From Octopus sinensis (taxonomy: Eukaryota): a DNA stretch of 64,000 nt. Positions 37,606-51,686 of the stretch are shown here, one piece after another; position 1 is the stretch's first letter, and each line of letters opens with the position of its first letter. The position numbers and the translations under genes were made by a program. The notes beneath the pieces were generated by a model. The model worked only from the letters and a program-made list of their open reading frames with translations. It was not told the origin of the DNA and searched no databases. The DNA lies in the NCBI RefSeq assembly GCF_006345805.1, contig NC_043012.1, forward strand, positions 9,920,001 to 9,984,000, read 5' to 3'.

Positions 37606-37762
37606 TATGTAATTAAGGGTTTATCAACGATTTGCCTCACCACACACCGAATTTAGAAATAGCAGTCAAAGAGTTATAGCTATTCTTTCTACTAAAAGGG
37701 AGATCTCAGTAAAACCACAGCACTTGAAAGGCAAACACAGACAGGCAAGAGAGAAAGAAATG

Positions 37763-38895
37763 ACGGCAATCTATCATACAATTTAATGGGGCCACTTCCA
37801 TTAACACGCAAATAGTGAGCGGTGCTCCGCAAGGCACTGTTCTGGGACCACTAATGTTCATAATGACCCTCTCAGACATGCCCTCAGCCACGCAGAGAGC
37901 TACGATCACAAGTTATGCAGATGATACAAAAGTTTCACAGGCAATACAGAAACCTGAAGACACTAAGCACCTGCAATGTGAGCTGGACAAAATATACAAG
38001 TGGGCTGAAAAGAATAGCATGCAGCTCAATGCTGAAAAGTTTCAAGCTTTATACTATCAGCATGCAAAACTAAATGCAATACCCAATAAATACACTGGAC
38101 CTGGAGGGATTGCAATCCCAGAGGCACAATCAGTGCGAGACCTGGCTATTTAGATGAGTGATGATGCAACCTTTCATGTGCATGTTGCTAAATTGGCAAT
38201 GAAATGGAGGCAGTTGACCGAACGGATTCTTAGAACCTTTAGAACAAGAGACCAGGAAACTATGATGGTCCTCTGGAGGACACTTGTCCTAAGCCACTTT
38301 GACTATTGCTCTCAGCTATGGTCACCATCCAGTGTCAAGTTAATCACAGAACTTGAGGCGATCCAACGAAGTTACACGATGAAGTTAGGCTCTGTGCAGC
38401 ATATAAGCTATTGGGAAAGACTCAAGAGATTGAGACTCTATTCCTTAGAGCGTAGACGAGAAAGATATGCCATAATATATATCTGGAAGATCCTAGAAGG
38501 ACTTGTCCCAAACTTTGGTATCGAGAGTTACACAAATGCCACAACTGGGCGCCACTGCATAGTGCCAAGGGCTCCAAATTTGCCATCAAGATGTAGGACA
38601 AGATACTGTGATAGCCTGGGCTTCCGAGGCCCACAGCTCTTCAATATCTTCCTGAAGACCTACATGGGGTGGATGCAGATGTCTTTAAAATGAAAGTGGA
38701 TCTCTTCTTGTCAGGTGTCCCAGATGAACCAACCTCACGGCAGGAGGTGCAGATGAGGGCAGCTGCTTCGAACTCTCTCATGCACCAGATGGCATTTGCT
38801 AAAAAGCATTCGTGAAGTAAAATCATGTAGCAACACCAAATGGCGGTGCCCCAGCATGGCCACAGCTTGTGAGCTGAAACTAAATAAAATAAAAA
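37763..38895 (+). mobile_element. 5'-truncated CR1/L2-type LINE: reverse transcriptase C-terminal half and 3' tail, inactivated
   Basis: SGAPQGTVLGPLMF, SYADDTK, KWAEKNSMQLNAEKF, RDL, HFDYCSQLWSP, YWERLKRLRLYSLERRRER; in-frame stop at 38151-38153, frameshift near 38650. Confidence 0.95.
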
Positions 38896-39003
38896 TAAAT
38901 AATATATATATATATATATAGTTTATACATATGCTTATACATATATTCATTCCCTTCGATTGTAACTTGCAAATAATTTACACACACACAAGTTTATACA
39001 TAT

Positions 39004-39082
<79 letters not shown>

Positions 39083-39989
39083 CATATACATTAAACATAC
39101 GTATACATATACACATTTATTGATTACCGTTCCGTTGTAAATTGCGAATACCCCTCTTATATATAGAAGCAGACCTGCGCGCGGGCACACACACACATAA
39201 AGTCTTGTTGTAGATTATATACGTACGGGTACACTACAGAGTAATTTGAAGTACTGATTGATATCAAGAGACTGAAGCGAGTTTAATCTTGATCTTTCCA
39301 ACCAACTAAATCACTTGTTACGATTTACTCAGGAATTGACACTCCATACATTGATGCATATCATACTAACTCCAAGAATATAATTTCGTAAAACAATATT
39401 GTGGTTTCTCTGTATTGAAAATAAAACCGTTTCTGTGATTTCGTTTTTTTTCTTTTTTTTTTTTTTGCTTTTTACTATTAGTGAGATAAAATTCCAAGTG
39501 ATTTTAAAAGCGATGAACTTATGAACGTATGTAGGCTCAAATTTTGTCAAAAGTATAGGAAAACAGAGAGAAAAATGGAAAAGTGTGAGGACAAGAAAGT
39601 GATGTAGAAAGAGAGAAAGAGAGGTAACAATGAGAATAAAGAGAAAAATGAGAAGAAAGAAAAAGAACAAAAAAAAAGAAAAGGTGGAGAGAAAGAAACA
39701 GAGTAAAAGTGAGAGAGATGAAAAGAAAGTGAGAGAGGAGAGAGAGAAAGAGAGGAAAAGGGAGAAAGGAAGACAGAGACTGACAGAAAGCGGTCTAACT
39801 AGTACTCTCGCGGTTTACTCTTTCTCTCTGTGTCTGTCTATCTGTCTCTCTCTTTCTCCCTCTCACTCACTCTCTATCTCTCCCTCTATCTCGTTTGAAA
39901 GTAATCTCTATCATCTGGTATAGAGTTATCAAAGGTGATGAATTTTATAAAATTGTCTGCGTCTCATTGCAACAACAAGACAAACATAA

Positions 39990-40020
39990 ACTACAACCGC
40001 AACAATATTAATACTACAAG

Positions 40021-40077
<57 letters not shown>

Positions 40078-40078
40078 A

Positions 40079-40122
<44 letters not shown>

Positions 40123-40312
40123 TGATGATCATGATGATAATAATAACAATAATATTAATAATAATAATAATAATAATGATAATAATAACAATGATAATAA
40201 CAATAATAGTAATAATAATAATAATATTAATAATAATAATATTAATAAAATAATAATAATAATAATAATAATAGTAATAATAATAATAGTAATAATAGTA
40301 ATAATAATAATA

Positions 40313-40354
<42 letters not shown>

Positions 40355-40525
40355 TTAATAAAATAATAATAACAATAATGATAATAATAATGATAATAGT
40401 AATAATAATAATAATAATAATATTAATAAAATAATAATAATAATGATAATAATAATGATAATAGTAATAATAATAATAATAATAATATTAATAAAATAAT
40501 AATAATAATAATGATAATAATAATG

Positions 40526-40578
<53 letters not shown>

Positions 40579-40619
40579 TAATATTAATAAAATAATAATA
40601 ATAATAATGATAATAATAA

Positions 40620-40672
<53 letters not shown>

Positions 40673-40680
40673 GATGACGA
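39990..40680. repeat. (ACT)n/(AAT)n/(GAT)n microsatellite block
   Basis: Direct reading. Confidence 0.95.
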
Positions 40681-41829
40681 TGATTACGAAGAAAAGACAG
40701 ACAAACCTGACGGACAGAAGAGCAGTTCGGTCACTGATTTCATTCTTCCTCTCTTTTGATCTTTCTTTCACCCGAAGCTACAGTTTAACTTTGTAATCGA
40801 AGTCATTCACTTAATATTTTGTCTCACAATCTCATCGATAAACTTCGATTTCTTGATTGTCAAAAGATAATTTCATCCATTCATTCCTTATGTTACATAC
40901 GATGGCCCGCCCGCACGCCCGCCCGCCCGCCCACGCACACACACACACACACTCATAAAATCACACGTACGCACCCATGCATGCACATACACTCACGGAC
41001 ATGCACAAATACACGCTCACACACGAGCATACGCGCGCGCACGCACACACAGACACACAAACAAACACACAATATGACGTACACATACAGATGCACACTC
41101 ATCCAAAACACACACTTAAACACACAAACGCGCACACACGCACAAGCGCATGCATTTCCGTACGCAAATCTCCAATGTATTCGTCCAATATATTATAACT
41201 CTATCTTTCTATATATAAATGGCAAAATGTATGTCTGTGTGTGTGTCCTTTATACACATCCACAATTTTTCCGTTAGAGGGCTCGCACTTTCTATGGTCG
41301 TTCAAAACCGTCCAAGGGTGGTCGTGCACATCTTTAAATTTCTCCAGTCATCCCGCAAAGCCATTAAAAGATCAATGGAAGTGATTGCCGGGTCATAGTG
41401 CTAGTATTATATAACACCGATCATAACGTTTTTATTTTCATCTGAAATATCATTTTGGCCATTATAAAATAGCCTATATGTGCGTTCATGAAATTTACTC
41501 GGGCCCACAGCGAGAAAATCGTTTAAAATCAGGGAATGTTTGCAAAACTTTTCATCTATTACAATTTCAGTCTTTGTGTTCTGGCCAAGCTGGGGCACTA
41601 CCTTAAAGGGTTCCGTCGAAGAAATCAACATCAGTCCTAAATATTTTAAATTCTGCTTCTTATACGACATGTCTCCTTTGCCTACCGAATCACTGGTTTA
41701 CGTGAACGAAAGCAACCCGACAACGGTTGTCAAGCAACAGTGCAAGACAAATACAACTGAAACACACAAAAATTTCACAAACGTTTTTATTAATCGATCA
41801 ATACTTTGTATTTACGCTTAATCGCTAGA

Positions 41830-42445
41830 TAAAAATTTTACCCTCATTTTCAGCTTCCTCTGCAAATACCCTATAAGTTAGTGACACATAGCTTCTATTA
41901 TCCACACCGGATATCCATAATTCAGTTGTTCCTGCGTATCCAAGGTAAGGACAAGATGCGACTTCATTCAAACAGTCCTTCCCGCAAAGCAAATTAAATA
42001 AAATTTGGGGGGATTTTTTGTGGAGGGGTAAAGTGGTAACAAGAACAGGATAGTGAGGAAAAAGCAGTAAAAACAAACGGTGAGGGCTGTTAAGCCAACA
42101 CGATAGAAAAATTCTTATGAACGTTAGGAACACGGGCTTATGAAGGAGACAGTATAAGCACGTTTTGTCTTTACAGAGGTGCTTGGCAGAAAGATAGATT
42201 CTCTTTCGTCACGAGCAGCGACGAGGGAGTAGAGAAGGAGGAGTGATAGAGAGGGAACGGTGAAGAGGTGAGGAGAAGAATAGGGAAGGTGGGAGAGAAA
42301 GCCAGAAAGGATGGAGAACAAGAGAGGGGGAGAGATAGACAGAGAAGAGATAGTAAAGATAGAATAGTGCGCATCGTAATTATTAAAATAAAACTTTCTT
42401 GGAAAAGGATGTGTGGCGTTCGATTATATAATAATATAAATAATA
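41830..42445 (+). mobile_element. Repeat family F, second copy
   Basis: aaacagtccttcccgcaaagcaaattaaataaaatt and gtgcgcatc.taattatt...ggaaaaggatg.gtggcgttcgat shared with 32104-32935. Confidence 0.75.
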
Positions 42446-43014
42446 TATAAATGTATGCATATATACATACATATATGTACACACACACACATACACACAC
42501 ACACGCACACACATATATATATGTGAATGTAGGCAAGTATATCTACACACATAATACATATTCACACATTTATATTCATAAGTATATATACATATAAATA
42601 TATATACCTACAAACAAACACACACACATACACACAAACACACACACACACACACACACTCACATACAAACACAGGCGCATAGAGAAACCCACTTTGACA
42701 CTTCAGCACTCTTTCAACGCACTCTTTCCAAAGTTTAATCCGGCCATAGCCCAAAACACATGCGTATATTTAGGCGTGCACAAATACACATATAAACACA
42801 TATACACACAATTACATACTGTTTATGATGTTCTGCTGAAATTCGATATTTTAAAGCTTCTTCACAATGTGTAGACTACTTTGATTGCTCTTAGCTATTA
42901 TAAGAAATATATAATGAGAATCTGAATGATGAAACGTAACCGAAGACTATTTATAAAACTTGTTGTCTGCCTGTATGCAAGCACACACATACAGACACAC
43001 GCATGTATGTGTAT

Positions 43015-43358
43015 GGAAGCACCCCGTCGGTTACGACGATGAGGGTTCCGGTTGATCCGAATCAAGGGAACAGCCTGCTCGTGAAATTAACGTGTAAGTG
43101 GCTGAGCACTCCACAGACACGTGCACCCTTAACGTAGTTCTCGGGAATATTCAGCGTGACACAGAGAGTGACAAGGCCGGCCCTTTGAAATACAGGTACA
43201 ACAGAAACAGGAAGTAAGAGTGAGAGAAAGTTGTGGTGAAAGTGTACAGCAGGGATCACCACCATCCCCTGCCGGGATGTTTTAGGTGTTTTCGCTCAAT
43301 AAACACACACACGAAACCGCGAGTCCGCTGCCCTAACCACTGGGCCATTGCGCCTCCA
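43015..43358 (-). mobile_element. tRNA-derived SINE, head C with tail Y
   Basis: Near-identical to 55459-55795. Confidence 0.85.
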
Positions 43359-43368
43359 AGTATATGTA

Positions 43369-43423
<55 letters not shown>

Positions 43424-43583
43424 GACGGTTGTTTTTATCTTTTATTTTTTAAAATAAAGATTTCTTTATAAAGAGTTCTCTTTTAATCTAAATTCTTTTC
43501 TACTCTATGCACAATGCCCGAAATTTCTGGGGGGAGGAGGGCTTAAGTCGATTAGATCGACCCTAGTACGCAACAGGTACCTG

Positions 43584-43780
43584 TTTCATTCATTTGACTG
43601 TGGCCATGCTGGAGCACTGCTTTTAGTCGAGCAAATCGACCCCAGGACTTATTCTTTGTAAGCCTAGTACTTATTATATCGGTCTGTTTTGCCGAACCTC
43701 TAAGTTACGGGGACGTAAACACACTAGGATCAGTTGTTAAGCGATGGTGGGGGTCAAACACAGACACAAAAACATACACT

Positions 43781-43812
<32 letters not shown>

Positions 43813-43975
43813 ATAATATATATATACGACGGGCTTCTTTCAGTTTCCGTCCACCAAATCCAGTAACAGGGCTTCGGCCGGGCCGAGGCTATAGAAGAAG
43901 ATTCTTACCGAAAGTGTCGCGCAGTGCGACTGAACCCGGAACCATGTGGTTGGTAAGCAAGCTACTTACCACACA
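43584..43975 (-). mobile_element. SINE family A, full length
   Basis: Matches 19970-20375. Confidence 0.9.
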
Positions 43976-44004
43976 TGAAAGCAATGTTACATGTATATAT
44001 ATAT

Positions 44005-44046
<42 letters not shown>

Positions 44047-44494
44047 CTCAGATTAACTTAATCTAAGAGAGATTCTTTGCTGATTGCATATTTTAACGAT
44101 ATTTGCAGTCCTGAGATGTGTGTGTGTGTATTTGTTTCTTTGTGTGTGAGTGTGTGCGTATATCTGTGTGTGTGTGTGTGTGTGGGTGTGGGTGTGTGTG
44201 TATGTGTGTGTGTGTGTGTGTGCGTGTGTGTGTGTGTGTAGCGTATTGTGCTCATTGTGTTGTTTCTGTATGACATGTTAATGGTAATTTTGGTAAAGAA
44301 TCTGCCCGAACGTCTATTTGGTATTAAACTTTCCTCTTTTACTTCTTTCAGTCATTAGACTGCAGCCTGGTACTTATTCTGTTGACCTCTTTTTAGGTGG
44401 ACGCAAACACATCAACAGCGGTTGTCAAGCGGGGGTAGTCGGACAAACACACATACACGCACACACAAATACATACATACACACAACACATATA

Positions 44495-44545
<51 letters not shown>

Positions 44546-44550
<5 letters not shown>

Positions 44551-44731
44551 TGAGATAGGGGTTGTAATGCAACCCTCCATGGGATAACATATATCCAATA
44601 TACTGCTAGAGAAGTACCCAACAAAGTTAATACATTATCATTACTGTGGTGTAATGGTTTAATAAAGTATTGATTAGGTATTATCTGATGGTTGATGATT
44701 GATTTAGGTATGTTTCTCTATTTTCTAATTT

Positions 44732-44734
<3 letters not shown>
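44546..44734. mobile_element. (TA)n-flanked 190-bp element
   Basis: Ends shared with 14121-14502 and 20390-20470. Confidence 0.6.
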
Positions 44735-44770
<36 letters not shown>

Positions 44771-45199
44771 GACGGATTTCTCTCAGTTTCCCTTAGCCAA
44801 ATCCACTCACACGATTTTAGTCGGCCCGAAGACAATTGTGCCACGCATTGAGACTAAACCTGGAACCACGTCGTTTGGAAAGAAGCTTGCTTATCTTCAT
44901 ACAATCTTCATACTATGTTTATTCTTAAAAAATATGTGAATAACCTATTAGTCACTCTTAACACGGTTCATGTTAGGAGTCATTAGACTTTGCACCATTT
45001 CATTGATGTCTCAATGCGGAGTGACAACTGTTGACAACTGGATAATCCTTATCTTGTTCTCACCTGGTTTCAATGTGAAATTGTTCGACTTTCATGGCGT
45101 TAAATGCAGCCGAAATCATGTTTAGCAGATGTCACATATTTATGATAGGTGACAGGACCCACATCAATACTTTGCTTCCGAAAAATTACACCATTATCT

Positions 45200-45228
45200 T
45201 CACACTACTACTACTACTACACTACTAC

Positions 45229-45264
<36 letters not shown>

Positions 45265-45328
45265 TGCTACTGCTACTGCTGCTGCTGCTGCTACGATTAC
45301 TACTACTACTACTTCTACCACCACCACC

Positions 45329-45393
<65 letters not shown>

Positions 45394-45536
45394 CACTACT
45401 ACTACTACTACAACTACCATTACTACTAATACTACTACTACTAATACTACTACTACTACTACTAATACTACTTCTACTACCACCACCACCACTATTACCA
45501 CCACCACCACCACCACCACCACCACCACCACCACTA

Positions 45537-45596
<60 letters not shown>

Positions 45597-45640
45597 CATT
45601 ACTACTATTACTGCTGCTGCTGCTGTACCATTGCTGCCGC
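45200..45640. repeat. (ACT)/(ACC)/(GCT) compound microsatellite
   Basis: Direct reading. Confidence 0.95.
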
Positions 45641-46139
45641 TAAAGCTATTCTGTTGCTGCTGTTGCGTCTTTTTTACATTTTGTGTTTCTTAATTTTCTG
45701 AAAGAGATGAATAAAATTCAAAAAGACTTTAATTTTGTGAAGTAGTTAAATGTTTCTTTTTTTTTTCTTTTTGCTTTTTGCAGCTCCAATATAAAGAAGT
45801 AATTGTAATTATAGAATAAGAAATATTTTATTATCAAGTATTCGTAGGAAGGCTAAGTCTCTCAAACATTTCAGTTCTTCAGTATCAGATTTTTGCTTTG
45901 TCGATAAATTAACAACCAAACAATGGCGAAGAGATATCATCATAATCGTTAAATAATATCACTATCAACATCATTCATCGCCAGAATCCTTATTCTCATT
46001 GAATACTTTCAAGTCTAACTTTGATATGCTATGGAAGAGTTAAGGTTTCCTACAAATATACTATTCAATAATTTTTTTCCATTTCTCCTTTTGTCATTTA
46101 CACGCAATTGATTTACATCTTTCTTTATTCCCCTCTCTA

Positions 46140-46148
46140 TATCTATTA

Positions 46149-46180
<32 letters not shown>

Positions 46181-46232
46181 ATCTATCTATCTATCTATCT
46201 ATTGATCTACTATCTGTCTTTCTTTCTTTCTT

Positions 46233-46283
<51 letters not shown>

Positions 46284-46411
46284 CTATCCATCCTCCATCT
46301 ATCAATCAATTATCTATCATCTATCTATCTTCTATCTATCTATCTATCTATTATATATCTATCATCTATCTATCTTTCTTCTTCTTTCTTTTTTCTTTCT
46401 TTCTTTCTTCT

Positions 46412-46448
<37 letters not shown>

Positions 46449-46604
46449 TTATCTATTTTATTTATCCATGTAACTATTTATCTCAGATTTCTGTTTATTT
46501 ATTTAGCTGTATCTACATCTTTACCTGCAAATTCTCTCTCTCTCTCTCTCTCCAATAACCCTATATATATATATTATAGATTATATATATTCTCTCTATA
46601 TATA

Positions 46605-46647
<43 letters not shown>

Positions 46648-47119
46648 TAATTATAATCATATATGAGTATGTGTGCGCTCACCACTATCTCAAAGTAACT
46701 TATGTAAAGTCATGTACAAAAACAAAACTAATATAGAACAAAGAGATATGAACAAATTCAATTACTGAACTTTTCAAATTTAAAGAAGACAGGAATTAAA
46801 AACTCTTTGAGAAAAATATATAAAAATAGTTACCTATGACGAAATTGCGTAGGAGAATTAGTAAAAAGGAATATTGAGGCACACTTATCTCATTAGAACG
46901 GAGACCATCATATGACAAAATAAGATTAGGAGGAAAAGAAATGTCGAATATATTTACAGAAATTATAAACAATGGACACATATGAAGAACAAAGAGAACG
47001 GCATATACAGTGTGTATATAGATATATATATATATATATATAGTATTTATGTATGTATTGTGTGTGTGTGTTGTGGTGTGCAATATATATATATGTATGT
47101 GTATATGTGGAATATATAG

Positions 47120-47151
<32 letters not shown>

Positions 47152-48330
47152 ATATATATGTGCATATTTGCATGTGTATTGTGTATATGGATATTGTATG
47201 TATGTGTATTGTAATGTATGTGTACATTATGTGTATATGTGAGTGTATGTGTGCATTGTATATATGTATATTGTAGGTGTGTTATATATGCATGAATACA
47301 TGTATATACATTGCATGTATATATATGTATGCATTGTATATGTGTATGTTATGTGTATATATACGTTATATGTATGCGTGCGTGTATATGTATACATTGT
47401 ATGTATGTATATTGTGTGTGTATTGTATGATGTATATGTGGTATATTTAGTGTGTGTATGTAAACACTATTATATGTATATATATATATGTATATGCATT
47501 GTCTATATATATATATTTATATGATGTATTGTCTATGTATATGTATGTATATATGTGTACGTGTATTATATATATTGCTGTGTATGGTATTGTATGTATA
47601 TATGTGCTAGTGTATTTGTGTTATATTTATATAGTATGTATGTGTGCGTGTGTGTGGTGTGTGTGTTATATATGTGTGTATTATATAAATACCTGTTATT
47701 TTGTGTGTTGTGTGTGTATATCTATATGTGTGTGCGTTGTGTGTGTGTGGTGTTCTGTATGTGTGTGTGTTGGTGTTTGTTTGTATATTATGTGTGTGTG
47801 TGTGTTGTGTGTGTGTATGTGTGTGGGGGGTGGGGGGTCAGATATGTGTGTGTGAATGTGGCGTGTGTGTGTGTGATGTGTGTGTGTGTGTGTATGTGTT
47901 GTACTATGTATGTATGGCCCGCACACACGCGTAGACGTGCGCTCGCACGGGCGGACACGCATATATACACACACCATCCTACCCCAAAAAAATTCTTTAA
48001 ACAACACACATTTATTTTCGCCACACTGAAACCATTCAAAAACAGACCCCCCACACACGCAGACGCTTGTATACGTGTGTGTGCACGCACACAGTGGCAC
48101 GCACACTCACACCGGCCTCACCTCCATACAGGCACATATATACACACACAGCACCATGTCAAATGCCATCCACAATCATGCATGCGTATACACGCACGCA
48201 CACGCGTACGCGCGCACGTGCACACACGCGCACACACAACACCATGACAACCACACACACTTGACAAACAGACGCCATCTGACCAAATACTACAGGCACA
48301 CAGACACACTATTCACGCACACGCAGAGAG
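46140..48330. repeat. Degenerate (TCTA)/(TA)/(TG)/(CA) low-complexity zone
   Basis: Direct reading; irregular interruptions. Confidence 0.85.
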
Positions 48331-49020
48331 ACACACATACTCACCTCATGCTAACCCCAAAATCATTGATGCTTGAAGGAAAGCCATAAAAGAAAAAAAC
48401 GGGGACATTTTCTCAATTCAACATTTCTGCTAAAACGGACAGGTCAGTAAACAAACTCGCCTTGAATCATAAATTCTGTACTGACCTGAGAATGTATAAT
48501 ATATTCATTTTAATTTTTTCTGCCAATTTTTCAAAATATTCTCACCATACTGTTGTACTATGTCCTTTTTACAAAGAATGTATATATACATGGATGTGAC
48601 AAATTTGGAACAACAATAATTAACGCAACCAAACTTCCAATAATATATTGTTTTATTCTTTCTGCCCCTTTTTTTCAAAATATTCTCATCACACTGTTGA
48701 ACTTCTTTATGCCTTAACATGTCCCTGCTACCAAAGACTATATATATTACATGTAATGTGGCAATTATGTAAAAAAACTTTTTTGAATTCATAATATTCA
48801 ATGTGGCAATTATGTAAAAAACTTTTTTGAATCATAATATTCTATGTTACTTTTGACAATCTTTTTCCAAAGAGTGAAAACCGGTTAAGTAAAATAACAT
48901 CTTTTAAATTGCCTTTTCAAACCTTCTTTCGTATATAATTCCACTCGTGGCGATACCACACAACTCAACTTTGTTATATATGTATATATCATATATATAT
49001 ATATATATATATATTGTTTT

Positions 49021-49296
49021 ATTCTTTTACTGGGGTTCCGTCATTATGACTCTGGCCACGCTGGAGCACCGCCTTTAATCGAAGAAATCGATCTCTGGAC
49101 TAATCCTTTCTTCACCTGGTACTTATTCTATCGATCTGTTTTGCCGAACCACTGATTTACGGGGACACTCCAAGATCGGTTAACATGTGATGGTGGTGCG
49201 AAAACACTGAAAAAAAACACACTTATATACATACATACACGCACACACCACATACACACACGCACACACACCCACACCACACACATTATATATGCG

Positions 49297-49336
<40 letters not shown>

Positions 49337-49504
49337 ATACAATAGACTTCTTCCAGTCTCCACCGCCAGTCCCCCACTCACAAGGATTTGGTCGTCCCGA
49401 AGGTATAATAGAAGCCATTTGCCAAGGTTTCGCGCGGTGGAACTGAAACCAGAACATGTGGTCGGGAAGCAAGCTTCTTAGTACACAGCCCACCGCCTGC
49501 GCCT
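49021..49504 (-). mobile_element. SINE family A, full length, diverged
   Basis: Matches 19970-20375. Confidence 0.85.
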
Positions 49505-49542
49505 ATTTAAAATCATATATATATATAAGTATTATATATATA

Positions 49543-49642
49543 NNNNNNNNNNNNNNNNNNNNNNNNNNNNNNNNNNNNNNNNNNNNNNNNNNNNNNNNNN
49601 NNNNNNNNNNNNNNNNNNNNNNNNNNNNNNNNNNNNNNNNNN
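49543..49642. other. Assembly gap (100 N)
   Basis: Direct reading. Confidence 1.
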
Positions 49643-49756
49643 AGAATATATATAAGCCACTGGTTTAATGATTAACATCAATTTCTACACTTATTATTTA
49701 ATTATATATATATATATATTTAATTATAATATTTAATATATATATTTAATATATTA

Positions 49757-49802
<46 letters not shown>

Positions 49803-50652
49803 ATTATATATATATATTTAATTATATATATATATATATATAATATCTATATATATAATATATTATATATGCATCAACAAACGGTTGATGACTTCAGGAG
49901 ATTGCAAATGACTAGAATGACGTGTTCGTCGTACGTTGCTAGCCGAAAGGAGGGTGCATGTTTAAAAGCTTGCACGCATATGTACACGATTCAGCTCTCT
50001 CACAATACTAGATAGTGTATTTGTCAGTTCATCAGTAGCAATATTATAGGATGCCCACAATTTAAAAATGTTGGCTGTGGGTTTCACAGGCTGGCCCAGC
50101 TACTATGGCTCCTAAAGTTTAGTCTTCTGGCATTTGGATATTTATGTATTTGTCTGGTGATGGTTTGCAGGTTTCATTGATGATCTTTCAAGATAATCAA
50201 TCTCTCCACAAGAACGTTTAAATAAGAAATGTTTTCATTGAAAAATACAGAACACGTCTTAATATGCACGCATAACCAACTTTTATCTTTTTACATTATT
50301 TCATTTCACGATTACATCTCTGTACATAAATCCCCTCACTAAAAAGTTTCTCGGAACTTGTTTTTGCCTGTACATATATATTCCCCTGCCATTACCGAAA
50401 GCTGAACAGTTATCTCTCTTACGCACAACAATAACAATAATAACAATAACCAATTACCTCCCCTTATTTTTCTACTTAATTCACTCGTAAATATCACCAC
50501 ACACAACATGGACAAAATTTCTTCTTGAGGAAAAATACATTTTCAAATAAGTAAAACATAACATCATGAATACCGATAGAGAAACCGGTCGATATATTAA
50601 AAATTATACTAAAACTATGTAAAGTGTGCGTATTTTCCTTTTTTAATTTCTT

Positions 50653-51630
50653 TCCTCGTGTTGTATACATTCGAAGCTTGGCTTAGTTTCCCTTGGCGGG
50701 CTGGCCATATCGGAGCAATCTCAAGATAATCAGCCGAAATTGCTAAGATGATCTGGTTCTTGACTGATGACTGAGGGCTTCGAATGTCCCGTCCTGTGGT
50801 TCTTGTGTCGTCTATGTGGTGTTTCATGTTCTTGTCCATGTTGTAATTATTTTACGTTTACCTATATAATCGGCGGCTCACGTATCCACATTTGTCTTAT
50901 ACGATAAGTATATTTTTTCTCTAGCATTGATACGACTCTTAATATGTCTCTTTCTCTCTCTCTCTCTCCTCCTTATTCCCCTTCCTTTCTTTCCCTCTTC
51001 ATCCGTCTTCCCCCCCTTCTACGTTCTCTATCTCTCTCACCTCCAGCCCCCTCGATCTTCTCTTTCTTCTCCTCCCTCGTCCAACTTCTCTCTCTTTTCA
51101 TCTGTCCCTTTCTCCTGTCTTGATTTTGTTCTCACGTGACCCTAGCCGCTGTTGAGCGCTCTTTTCGTTTCAGCAGTCGCAGAAGCAACACGTATTTGTT
51201 CGTCTCCTGCGGCCATTAGGCACAACTTCACAAGCCAGCCCCATACTCAACTCGTCCTGTTCGAAAGACCTTGTCCTACGTCCTGGTTTTGTTTTGTTGT
51301 TTATTTTTGATTTTACCGTTAGTGTTTTTACGTTTTTGTATTCTTATTTGTCACGTATTCTGTATTTTTGTTCGTGTACTTCGTTCGTTTTCCGTCCTCG
51401 TGTTGATACATTCGAAGCTTTCTTCCAGGGGATCTAATGCGCTTGGCTTAGATTTCCCTGGCGGGCTGGCCATATCGGAGCAATCTCAAGATTAATCAGC
51501 CGAAATTGCCTAAGATGATCTGGTTCTTGACTGATGACTGAGGGCTTCGAATGTCCCGTCCTGTGGTTCTTGTGTCGTCTCTGTGGTGTTTCATGTTCTT
51601 GTCCATGTTCGTAATTATTGTTACTGTTTA

Positions 51631-51636
<6 letters not shown>
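50653..51636. mobile_element. ~980-bp non-coding element with ~215-240-bp direct terminal repeats
   Basis: 50653-50866 recurs at 51395-51636; pyrimidine-rich interior; ends at (TA)n. Confidence 0.8.

Positions 51637-51686
<50 letters not shown>

Noticed and set aside
40670-40760. DDDDYEEKTDKPDGQKSSSVTDFILPLF* after the AAT tract
   Set aside because: Short, with the upstream frame broken by indels and no splice acceptor.
50020-50050. CTGATGA-act-GACA on the minus strand
   Set aside because: GAAA is broken and stem III cannot form.
50060-50170. Possible Tc1/mariner WP.SPDL..D-like relic
   Set aside because: Too degenerate to support by eye.
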